33,471 nucleotides of DNA, taken from the IMG/VR virus record IMGVR_UViG_3300024219_000013, positions 1 through 33,471 of that record; one strand, written 5' to 3'. Positions 7,345 through 14,434 of the stretch are shown here, one piece after another. The notes beneath the pieces are model-generated. The model made no database searches and had not been told where the DNA came from. It saw only the letters and a program-made list of their open reading frames with translations. This DNA comes from a virus. Lineage: Duplodnaviria > Caudoviricetes. The position numbers were made by a program, and so were the translations under genes. The first letter of the stretch is position 1. Each line of letters opens with the position of its first letter.

Positions 7345-8241
7345 ATGAGCGTCCCGGCATTTGCGTGGGCCATTGAGATGGGCCGGGTCCACCGGCTATG
7401 CCCTGACGACCGCTGTCTGCTGATGGTGCTTGCCAATATGGCTGACAAGCACCTGGAATGCTTCCCGCTGCAGTCCACCCTAATGGCGGACACAGGGCTA
7501 CCCAAGCGGACGCTGATCCGTTCCACCCGACGTCTGGAGGTGGCAGGACTGGTCCGGACAGAGCCTCGTGGCAGGAGCCTGACCTACCACATCCAGCGCC
7601 CGACAAATGGTGCCACCGTGGCACCCGATAGGTCTGGGAATGGTGCCGCACTGGCACCAGACAACCCCCTAAAAGGTGCCACACAGGCACCAGTTATGCC
7701 CACAAATGGTGCCACACAGGCACCGGTCATGGAAAATCGGGTGAATGGTGCCACGGTGGCACCAGTTATACCCACGACTGGTGCCAAATCTGCAAACGAA
7801 TGGTGCCACGGTGGCACCTCGCCTTATATCAATATTAACCAAGAGAAGATTAACCAAGAAAGAGAAGAAAGAAAGAACCCACCCCAAACCCCTCCCGTGC
7901 CGGGAGGGGCCGAGCGTGTCCCCCCCCAAGACCGACATGCTTACCCTTCCGATTTCGAAGCGTTTTGGCTCGCCTACCCCAGACAGGCCGGCAAGCGGGC
8001 AGCGCTCAAGGCATGGCACGGCGCAACCGTCCGGGCCGGCAGCCCCGCCCCGATCATGGCCGGCCTCGCCGCCCACCGGTTCTGCGCCGAGGAACGCTTC
8101 ATTCCCCACCCCTCGACCTGGCTCAACCGCGACCAGTGGCTCGACGTCCAGGACAGCTTCGACCCCGTGCTGCGCGCCGTCGGCCTCACGCCGGAAGACC
8201 TCGCCGATTGGCCAATGCCCAGCAGGACGCTGCTGCAATGA
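7345..8241 (+). CDS. Replication initiator protein (N-terminal wHTH)
   Basis: 'LLMVLANMAD....CFP....L..DTGL...T.....L...GLV' wHTH; C-terminal 'FEAFWLAYPR..GK..A.KAW' and 'FIPHPSTWLNRDQW'; internal iterons. Confidence 0.85.
   Translation: MSVPAFAWAIEMGRVHRLCPDDRCLLMVLANMADKHLECFPLQSTLMADTGLPKRTLIRSTRRLEVAGLVRTEPRGRSLTYHIQRPTNGATVAPDRSGNGAALAPDNPLKGATQAPVMPTNGATQAPVMENRVNGATVAPVIPTTGAKSANEWCHGGTSPYININQEKINQEREERKNPPQTPPVPGGAERVPPQDRHAYPSDFEAFWLAYPRQAGKRAALKAWHGATVRAGSPAPIMAGLAAHRFCAEERFIPHPSTWLNRDQWLDVQDSFDPVLRAVGLTPEDLADWPMPSRTLLQ
7609..7880. repeat. Replication origin: iterons plus AT-rich tract
   Basis: GGTGCC-N5-GGCACC at 7609, 7642, 7675, 7708, 7747 and 7802 (degenerate copy at 7780), followed by an A-rich tract at about 7824-7880. 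Confidence 0.85.
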
Positions 8242-8753
8242 GCCACGTCCGAGCCCATCGCGCCCAGTGGATCGCCATGCTCGCCAAACTCACCAGCCCC
8301 ATGGAAAGCACCCAGGCCGCCAGCGCGTTCAATGCATTCCTGCCACTCCTCGCTGATTTTCCAGACGCCGCGTTCACCCACCCAAGCGTCGACTACGTGG
8401 CAACCGAATGCCACGGCGTGCCAACCTACGCCGACGTCCGCCAGCATCTCGGCGCCTGGTGGAAACGCAACCGGCCACAGCCACTCGCCATCGCAGACGC
8501 AGTGCCGGAGCTGCCACCACTTCGCACCGACGCCGAAGCCGCTCACGCCCGCTCACTCGTTGCAGAAACCGTCGCGCATCTCAAAGACCGGGAGGAGGAG
8601 CGCAACGCCCAACTCGCCAAGGCCATCCCAAGCCAGCCGCGAAAGACCGGACACCTCTCACCCGCAGAACTCGCCGAAGCCTACCGAAGAGCCGGCATCA
8701 AACGCGGCATTGCCGATCCGCCGACGCAGAAGGACCACCCCAATGCCGCTTGA
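8238..8753 (+). CDS. Replication accessory protein (putative helicase loader/inhibitor)
   Basis: ATGA-coupled to the initiator; 'LADFP...' and 'PTYADVR' pattern; function inferred from position. Confidence 0.55.
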   Translation: MSHVRAHRAQWIAMLAKLTSPMESTQAASAFNAFLPLLADFPDAAFTHPSVDYVATECHGVPTYADVRQHLGAWWKRNRPQPLAIADAVPELPPLRTDAEAAHARSLVAETVAHLKDREEERNAQLAKAIPSQPRKTGHLSPAELAEAYRRAGIKRGIADPPTQKDHPNAA

Positions 8754-9339
8754 CGCCACACCAGCTACCCGGTTAGATGCGCCCCCTCACGACAGCGCGG
8801 ACACCCTCGCCACGTCCCGCATGCCGTGCCGCAGCATTCGGTGGGCCTGCATCTACACCCACCCCCAAGCCGAGCGCTGGGCCAACACAAACCTCCAACG
8901 CTCCGGCTTTACCACCTACCTCCCGCTCTACGTCACCAGAGTCCGCGATAACGCCATCCGCTCCCTCTGGCACACCGTCGAGCGGCCGCTCTTCGCAAGA
9001 TACCTGTTCATCCGCTTCAACCACACCGCCACATCCTGGTCGCCAATCCGCGCCACACCAGGCGTCGTCGATCTCGTCAGATCAGGCACAGATCCCGCCT
9101 ATGCCTCAGACGCCGCTATAAGCACGCTACAGGCCCTTGACCATGTTCGCCGCACCCTCACCCCTCCCGAACCGCTCTGGCGCCCTGGAGCCGCCTGCAA
9201 GCTCGCGCACGGGCCATTCCAGGGATGGGATGCCGTGGTGACCGCAGTCCATCACGACCGCGCCCTCGTCGCCCTGCTGATGCTCGGTCACCTCCGCGAA
9301 GTGCAGGTCAGCCTCGATTGCCTCGCGGCGCGAGATTGA
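8743..9339 (+). CDS. NusG/RfaH-like transcription antiterminator (start may be 8821)
   Basis: NGN domain 'WACIYTHPQAE..A..NL...GF..YLP', 'PLFARYLF', 'IRATPGV'; KOW 'GPFQG'; occupies the Q-like position before terS. Confidence 0.85.
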   Translation: MPLDATPATRLDAPPHDSADTLATSRMPCRSIRWACIYTHPQAERWANTNLQRSGFTTYLPLYVTRVRDNAIRSLWHTVERPLFARYLFIRFNHTATSWSPIRATPGVVDLVRSGTDPAYASDAAISTLQALDHVRRTLTPPEPLWRPGAACKLAHGPFQGWDAVVTAVHHDRALVALLMLGHLREVQVSLDCLAARD

Positions 9340-9366
9340 GACAGCTAAGCTAGTGGAACTCTAGTC

Positions 9367-9738
9367 GTGGGCGAGTTTCGGCCCTCAAGGCCAGGCGAAA
9401 GACGCGGCGGACGGCAGAAAGGAACGCCAAACAAGGTCGATGGGGACATCAAGCACATGGTCCTCGCTGCCCTGGCTGGCGTCGGAGGCGAGCAATACCT
9501 GATGCGTCAGGCCGACGAGAACCCAACTGCGTTCCTGACACTCGTCGGCAAGGTACTGCCGCTGCAGATCACCGGCGATCCAGACCGGCCCGTCAGCATC
9601 GAGTTCACATGGGCGCCAGCCGCAGCAGCAGCCGTTTCACATGAAACTAAGGACGCGCCACCCGTCATCGACGTAACGCCAGAGCCAGCGAGCACCGACA
9701 CCGAGTTCGTGTGGGGCAAGAGCGATGAAACGGCGTAG
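9367..9738 (+). CDS. terS: Putative terminase small subunit
   Basis: 'GGRQKGTPNK', 'GGEQYL..QA.ENPTAFLTLVGKVLP'; first late gene. Confidence 0.7.
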   Translation: MGEFRPSRPGERRGGRQKGTPNKVDGDIKHMVLAALAGVGGEQYLMRQADENPTAFLTLVGKVLPLQITGDPDRPVSIEFTWAPAAAAAVSHETKDAPPVIDVTPEPASTDTEFVWGKSDETA

Positions 9739-9783
9739 CTACACTCGTCCATACCGTAGCTACGTGCGTCCATACCGGGACGG

Positions 9784-9873
9784 GTGCTGACTGCGCTGTG
9801 TCTGCTGTACGGCGCCGTGGCTGTCGCCGGCTATTGCGCCCTCGTCCTCGGCGCTCGATGCGATGACTGCTGA
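9784..9873 (+). CDS. Possible 29-aa membrane peptide
   Basis: GTG-start LTALCLLYGAVAVAGYCALVLGARCDDC*; fills an intergenic gap. Confidence 0.3.
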   Translation: MLTALCLLYGAVAVAGYCALVLGARCDDC

Positions 9874-9879
9874 AGCGAC

Positions 9880-10092
9880 ATGACAGTCTGGACCGAGCCG
9901 ATGATCGAGCGCCTGCGCCGCATGCACTCGGCCGGCTGCACTGACGACGAGATCGCGCGCGAAATGCACACGACGCCGCGCGCCGTCAACGGCAAGCGCT
10001 ACCGTCTCGGCCTTACCCTCAATCTGGACGATCCGCTCGTCGTTGCATTGCGTCGCGTCAAGCGCGAGCTCAGCGCCAGGACTGACGGTTAG
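9880..10092 (+). CDS. GcrA-N-terminal-like HTH protein
   Basis: 'WTEPMIERLRRMHSAG....EIAREM..TPRAVNGKRYRLGL'. Confidence 0.75.
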   Translation: MTVWTEPMIERLRRMHSAGCTDDEIAREMHTTPRAVNGKRYRLGLTLNLDDPLVVALRRVKRELSARTDG

Positions 10093-10177
10093 GCGCGTAA
10101 TGCCTCCCCAGGTGGCGCCTGATGGGCGTGCAGGCGGTGACAGCCGCCCGCCGCTCAACACTGACGGAGACCGCTGA

Positions 10178-10417
10178 ATGTGCTTCTCGGTGCTCTGGCT
10201 GATTCAAACGCTGATCTGGATCGTGGTGGTGTGCGGCATTGTCGCCATCATCATGATCCTGCTGCCCATCGCGCTGTCCTGGCTCGGCTGGGCCGGCGAG
10301 GTGGCCATGCGCATCCTGCGGATCATCGTCGCGGTGATCGTCATCGTGGCGCTGTTGTGGCTCTGCTACGACCTCTACGTGTGCGCCGGTGGTGGCGGCG
10401 GCCTGAGAGTGCGCTGA
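10178..10417 (+). CDS. Small two-TM membrane protein
   Basis: Two very hydrophobic helices; GGAG RBS. Confidence 0.7.
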   Translation: MCFSVLWLIQTLIWIVVVCGIVAIIMILLPIALSWLGWAGEVAMRILRIIVAVIVIVALLWLCYDLYVCAGGGGGLRVR

Positions 10418-10587
10418 TGTCGCCGGTGATGCTCATCGTGCTTGTGCTGCTCATCGTGCTGCTGTTCGGCGGCTTCTACGGCTACCGCGGCGGCTACTAC
10501 GGCGGGCCGTATTACGGCGGCGGGCTCGGCATCCTCGGCATCGTGCTCGTCATCCTCATCATCCTCATCGTGCTGGGACGTGTGTGA
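10417..10587 (+). CDS. DUF3309-like small membrane protein
   Basis: TM - Gly/Tyr-rich loop (GGFYGYRGGYYGGPYYGGG) - TM ending LGRV; TGATG overlap. Confidence 0.7.
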   Translation: MSPVMLIVLVLLIVLLFGGFYGYRGGYYGGPYYGGGLGILGIVLVILIILIVLGRV

Positions 10588-10823
10588 TGCCGCGTTGGCG
10601 TGTCGAGATGCTGCCGCTGCACCCAGGCGCTGCGCCCCCGCTGGAGATCGTCGAGGCCGAGTTGGTGGCGATAGGTGGTGGAGCGGCGCTGGTGTTTTTC
10701 GACGGTGGTGTGGTGACGCGAGCTCTCGCGCCAGGCCAGTGGGCGCATCTGACGCTGCTCGAGGGTGACGACGAGGCCGCCGCGCAGGACCGCTACACCG
10801 CCGCCACGCAGGCGGCGAGCTAA
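10587..10823 (+). CDS. Hypothetical protein
   Basis: Coupled by TGATG overlap; GC3-rich frame. Confidence 0.6.
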   Translation: MPRWRVEMLPLHPGAAPPLEIVEAELVAIGGGAALVFFDGGVVTRALAPGQWAHLTLLEGDDEAAAQDRYTAATQAAS

Positions 10824-10852
10824 CAAACAACCAACAACACGGAGGCTTCACG

Positions 10853-11572
10853 GTGCGACATCTCCTGCCCCTGGCAGCGGCGCTGGCTGCGCTTGCCACG
10901 CCTGCTTATGCGACGCTGCAGATCGCGGCACAGTTCGGTGGCGGCAACTTCGCCTGTGTCGATAACAACGTCACCTGCGACAGCAATCCGGCCACCGGCA
11001 CGCTGCAGCTCGCCAACGTCGTGATCGGCGGTGTCGCCGTTAATGGCAGCGTGCAGACGAGCTCTGGCGCGTCATCCGGACCGGCGCTGCTCGACATCCT
11101 CAACACGTCATCGCTGAGCGTGACCAACACAAACGCGGCTGCGGTCGCCTACAACATTGCGATCAGCGATACGGGTTTCAGCGCGCCTGTTGCCACCTTC
11201 TCGTCGTCACTGGCTGGCACTTGGCAGAATGCAGTGGGCAGCAGCATCACTGCCGCCTTCTACAATGACACCGCGAACCAGCAGGGCGCTGACACGCCGA
11301 CCGATCATCCGGGGGCGTTGGTGGACATGTTCAGCCAGAACGTCGCCCTCGCTGCCGATAGCTACTCGCACAATGGCTCCGGTGCATTTGCCGCTACGAC
11401 GCCGTTCTCGATGACGCTGTTCAGCACCGGCACGCTCAGTGCAGGCGCTGTGCTGCTCAACCGCGGGCAGACTGAGCTGCTCAGCGTGACGGTGCCGGAG
11501 CCGGCTTCGCTGGCGTTGTTGGGGCTGGGTGTGCTGGGACTTGGTGTGACGCAGTTGCGGCGGAGGAGCTGA
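10853..11572 (+). CDS. PEP-CTERM sorting-domain surface protein
   Basis: Signal peptide (MRHLLPLAAALAALATPAYA), Ser/Thr/Asn-rich body, C-terminal VPEPASLALLGLGVLGLG..RRR; GGAGG RBS. Confidence 0.92.
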   Translation: MRHLLPLAAALAALATPAYATLQIAAQFGGGNFACVDNNVTCDSNPATGTLQLANVVIGGVAVNGSVQTSSGASSGPALLDILNTSSLSVTNTNAAAVAYNIAISDTGFSAPVATFSSSLAGTWQNAVGSSITAAFYNDTANQQGADTPTDHPGALVDMFSQNVALAADSYSHNGSGAFAATTPFSMTLFSTGTLSAGAVLLNRGQTELLSVTVPEPASLALLGLGVLGLGVTQLRRRS

Positions 11573-11725
11573 CCGCCACCAGCGGGATCTAGCGACGTTC
11601 CGGGGGATCCTGATGGCGCTGCTGATTGCGGTGCCGCTATGGGTTATCATCGCGGTCATCTTGTTGCGGTGAGGCGTTTTCAGACTACGGAAGTGGCGAT
11701 CAAACGACCGTTTGAAGGGCTGGAA

Positions 11726-11905
11726 ATGAGTGAAAGCGACCTCCCGCCTGGGTTCAGCTTCCTCGTCTGGGGCAAGGATCAATACACGCTGGTCAACGAC
11801 AACGCCGATGGACACCGGAGCGCATGGACTGACAGGAACGCGATGACGCGGGCTGCATGGGACTGGTGGCACGATGTCCGCTCCGTCGCAGCAACCGGCG
11901 GTTAG
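11726..11905 (+). CDS. Hypothetical protein (start uncertain)
   Basis: MSESDLPPGFSFLVWGKDQYTLV...; open frame with plausible composition. Confidence 0.45.
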   Translation: MSESDLPPGFSFLVWGKDQYTLVNDNADGHRSAWTDRNAMTRAAWDWWHDVRSVAATGG

Positions 11906-12001
11906 GGTCCGAAAACGCCGCTTATCAGACGGAATAAGCCAGCCGCAACCGGGTGCAGCGATTCATACCCAGTTGCTTACCACGCCATATAGACGAGTGC
12001 C

Positions 12002-12364
12002 TTAATCGTCCAACCGGCTGCGCAGCAACGCCGCCAACCGCCCCAGCAGCGCCGCCAACTCCGCTGCGTCCAGGGTATGCTCGCCACTGAGCTTGCGGCT
12101 GTCGCGGTCCTCGCGAGCCTCGATCCAGTGCTCCACTAACTCAGCCAGCGGCACGGTCAGCGGCATCTCGTGCTCGAACAGGCCCATGATGATCGTGCCG
12201 TCTGCCTCGATGTCGGCCATCGTCTGCTCGGCCACCATTCGCAGCACCACCTTCACCACGGCCTCCGGGCTGCCGTCGCAATCGTCGTCCCAGTGCCATC
12301 GCTTCAGGTCCGCCGCGATCTGTTCGTCCGTGACGTTGAAGCTCACGCCCCATTCATTCCGCAT
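12002..12364 (-). CDS. Hypothetical protein, antisense to the late operon (moron-like)
   Basis: 120-aa acidic ORF with GC3 bias and GAGG upstream; no competing long plus-strand gene. Confidence 0.65.
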   Translation of the reverse strand: MRNEWGVSFNVTDEQIAADLKRWHWDDDCDGSPEAVVKVVLRMVAEQTMADIEADGTIIMGLFEHEMPLTVPLAELVEHWIEAREDRDSRKLSGEHTLDAAELAALLGRLAALLRSRLDD

Positions 12365-12390
12365 AGCCGGTTAACCTCACATACCCACCC

Positions 12391-13698
12391 ATGAAAGTCG
12401 AAGTTCCGTTCAGCCCGCGCGAGTGGCAAATCCCGCTCATTGACGACCCATCCCAGCGCATTGTGGCAGTCGTGCATCGCCGCGCCGGCAAATCCACCGC
12501 CCTGATGTGGCGCGGACTGCGCAAGGCGACGGTCGATAAGCGTCCGGACGCCCGCGTGGTGCATCTGCTGCCCTACGGCGTCCAATGGCAGCGCACCGGC
12601 CTGTGGGACCAACTGGTGAAGGCCGCCGAGACCATCCCAGATGCCCAGGTACGTCGCTCCGAGATGGCGATCCGGCTGCCGAATGGCGCCGTCTATCAAT
12701 GCGGCGGCTGCGATAACCCGGACGTGTGGCGCGGTGGAGGCGCCATCGAGATCATCGTGGATGAGTATGACGACACCTCGCCGGGCCTGATGCTGGTCGT
12801 CGAGCCGATGCTGTCCACCACGGCCGGCGTGCTGGTCCGCAGCGGCACACCGAAAGGCAAAGGGCTGCTGCAGGAGGCATACGACCGGGCACGCACCACG
12901 CCGGGCTATTCCAGCTACCTGCTCGACTACACCAAGACCGGTGCATTGTCGGACAGTGCCATTGAGACGCTCCGGCGCGAGCTGACGCCCGAGGAGTTCG
13001 CCCAGGAATTGGAATGCTCATTCGAGGCACCGAATAGCGGATCGTATTACGGCAAGCTCGTGGACACGGCGGATCGCGAAGGCCGCATCACCCGCGTGCC
13101 CTATGACCCCGCTCTCCGTGTCTGGACTGCGTGGGATCTTGGCATAGACGACTCGACCGCCATCTGGTTCGCGCAGATCAGCCGCAGCGGCGAGTGGCGC
13201 ATGATCGACTACATCGAGGACAGTGGTGCGGGTCTCGACCATTACGTGCGCCTTCTGCAGCAGCGGCCGTATGTGTATGAGCGCCATCTCCTGCCACACG
13301 ACGCGGAGGTGCGCGAGTTGGGCAGCGGGCGCAGCCGCACCGAGACGCTCAATAGCCTCGGCGTGCGCCCAACCCGCACCGTGCGCCAACACAGCGTCGC
13401 GGACGGTATCAATGCCGTGCGCATGATCCTGCCGCGCGCGTGGATCGATGCCGAGCGCTGCGCCAAGGGCATTCACGCGCTACGACACTATCGGCGGGAA
13501 TGGAACGAGGCGGCGCAGACGTGGCGTAGCAGTCCGGTGCATGACCACGCGAGCCATGGCGCGGATGCGGCGCGGTATCTGGCGCTCGGCGTGCGCGATG
13601 TTGAGGTCAGGCCGTTGGACGCCATCATCGAGCAGCAGTTCCCAACACATCGGACGATCTACGAAGGCCGCGATAACACCGGCTGGATGTCAGTGTGA
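12391..13698 (+). CDS. terL: Terminase large subunit
   Basis: 'PREWQ', Walker A 'HRRAGKS', Walker B 'IIVDE', 'SGTPKG', nuclease 'WDLGIDDSTAIW', 'SHGADA.RY'. Confidence 0.95.
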   Translation: MKVEVPFSPREWQIPLIDDPSQRIVAVVHRRAGKSTALMWRGLRKATVDKRPDARVVHLLPYGVQWQRTGLWDQLVKAAETIPDAQVRRSEMAIRLPNGAVYQCGGCDNPDVWRGGGAIEIIVDEYDDTSPGLMLVVEPMLSTTAGVLVRSGTPKGKGLLQEAYDRARTTPGYSSYLLDYTKTGALSDSAIETLRRELTPEEFAQELECSFEAPNSGSYYGKLVDTADREGRITRVPYDPALRVWTAWDLGIDDSTAIWFAQISRSGEWRMIDYIEDSGAGLDHYVRLLQQRPYVYERHLLPHDAEVRELGSGRSRTETLNSLGVRPTRTVRQHSVADGINAVRMILPRAWIDAERCAKGIHALRHYRREWNEAAQTWRSSPVHDHASHGADAARYLALGVRDVEVRPLDAIIEQQFPTHRTIYEGRDNTGWMSV

Positions 13699-13943
13699 CG
13701 CGAAAGCCCACCGACGCGGAATTGATCGCGGCAGGCTGGAAATCACCACCTCCGCCGCCGCCGACTGAGACCAGCCTGCTGTGGCAATTGTACCAAATGC
13801 GCGAAGAGGGGCCGCGGGTGTGGACGGTGTTCGGCGCAGATGATGATGCAGTGCTGCATAGGCTGCATCAACGCGCGCCATGGCTTCTGCGCCACAAGGT
13901 GACGAAGGGCTGGGGCGATATGTGGCGCCTGGCGAATTTTTGA
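13695..13943 (+). CDS. Hypothetical protein
   Basis: GTGA overlap with terL; 82 aa. Confidence 0.55.
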   Translation: MTRKPTDAELIAAGWKSPPPPPPTETSLLWQLYQMREEGPRVWTVFGADDDAVLHRLHQRAPWLLRHKVTKGWGDMWRLANF

Positions 13944-13959
13944 CGAGGGAGACAACGAC

Positions 13960-14427
13960 ATGAGCCACTCATCAACCAAGAACGAGTCACGCACCGACCA
14001 TGAACGCGAGACCAGCCACCGCGCGCCTGCCGCCAGGACCGCCGCACCGCGTGATGCCGCCGCCGACCAACTGAGGCTGCTGCTGCTGCTGGCCACCGAC
14101 TGGCTCAACAACGACCGCACGCACGCGGCCGAAATCGCCGCACTGACCGGCGCGATGATTGGAGCACAGGGACCGCCGGTCAACGTGGACGTGCCGCTGG
14201 TCACGCAGGCCGGCGCCACGCTGAGTTGCACCATGGGCAACTGGAGCGGTGAGCCGACCGCGTATGCCTACGCCTGGCACAATGACGGCGTTGCCAACGG
14301 CGGCACGGGCGCGACGTATGGCGTGCAGCCAGAGGACAGCGGGCACAACCTGGCGTGCGTGGTGACGGCGACCAACGCGCAGGGCTCGGCCAACGCGCCG
14401 ATGAGCAACGCCGTAGCTATTGCGTGA
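13960..14427 (+). CDS. Protein with a C-terminal Ig-like beta-sandwich
   Basis: 'GATLSCTMGNWSGEPTAYAYAW...ATYGVQPEDSG..LACVVTATNAQGS'; GAGGGAG RBS. Confidence 0.75.
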   Translation: MSHSSTKNESRTDHERETSHRAPAARTAAPRDAAADQLRLLLLLATDWLNNDRTHAAEIAALTGAMIGAQGPPVNVDVPLVTQAGATLSCTMGNWSGEPTAYAYAWHNDGVANGGTGATYGVQPEDSGHNLACVVTATNAQGSANAPMSNAVAIA

Positions 14428-14434
14428 TGCTCTG

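Noticed and set aside
7609-7818. Regularly spaced palindromic repeats as a CRISPR array
   Set aside because: Units are 17 bp with 5-22 bp gaps, lie in frame inside the initiator gene, and no cas genes are present; they fit iterons
7830-7860. TTAACC pairs as a CtrA box
   Set aside because: Spacing does not match TTAA-N7-TTAA; better explained as part of the origin AT-rich tract
9734-9775. 21-bp tandem duplication after terS (possible pac or regulatory site)
   Set aside because: Only two imperfect copies and no supporting evidence of function
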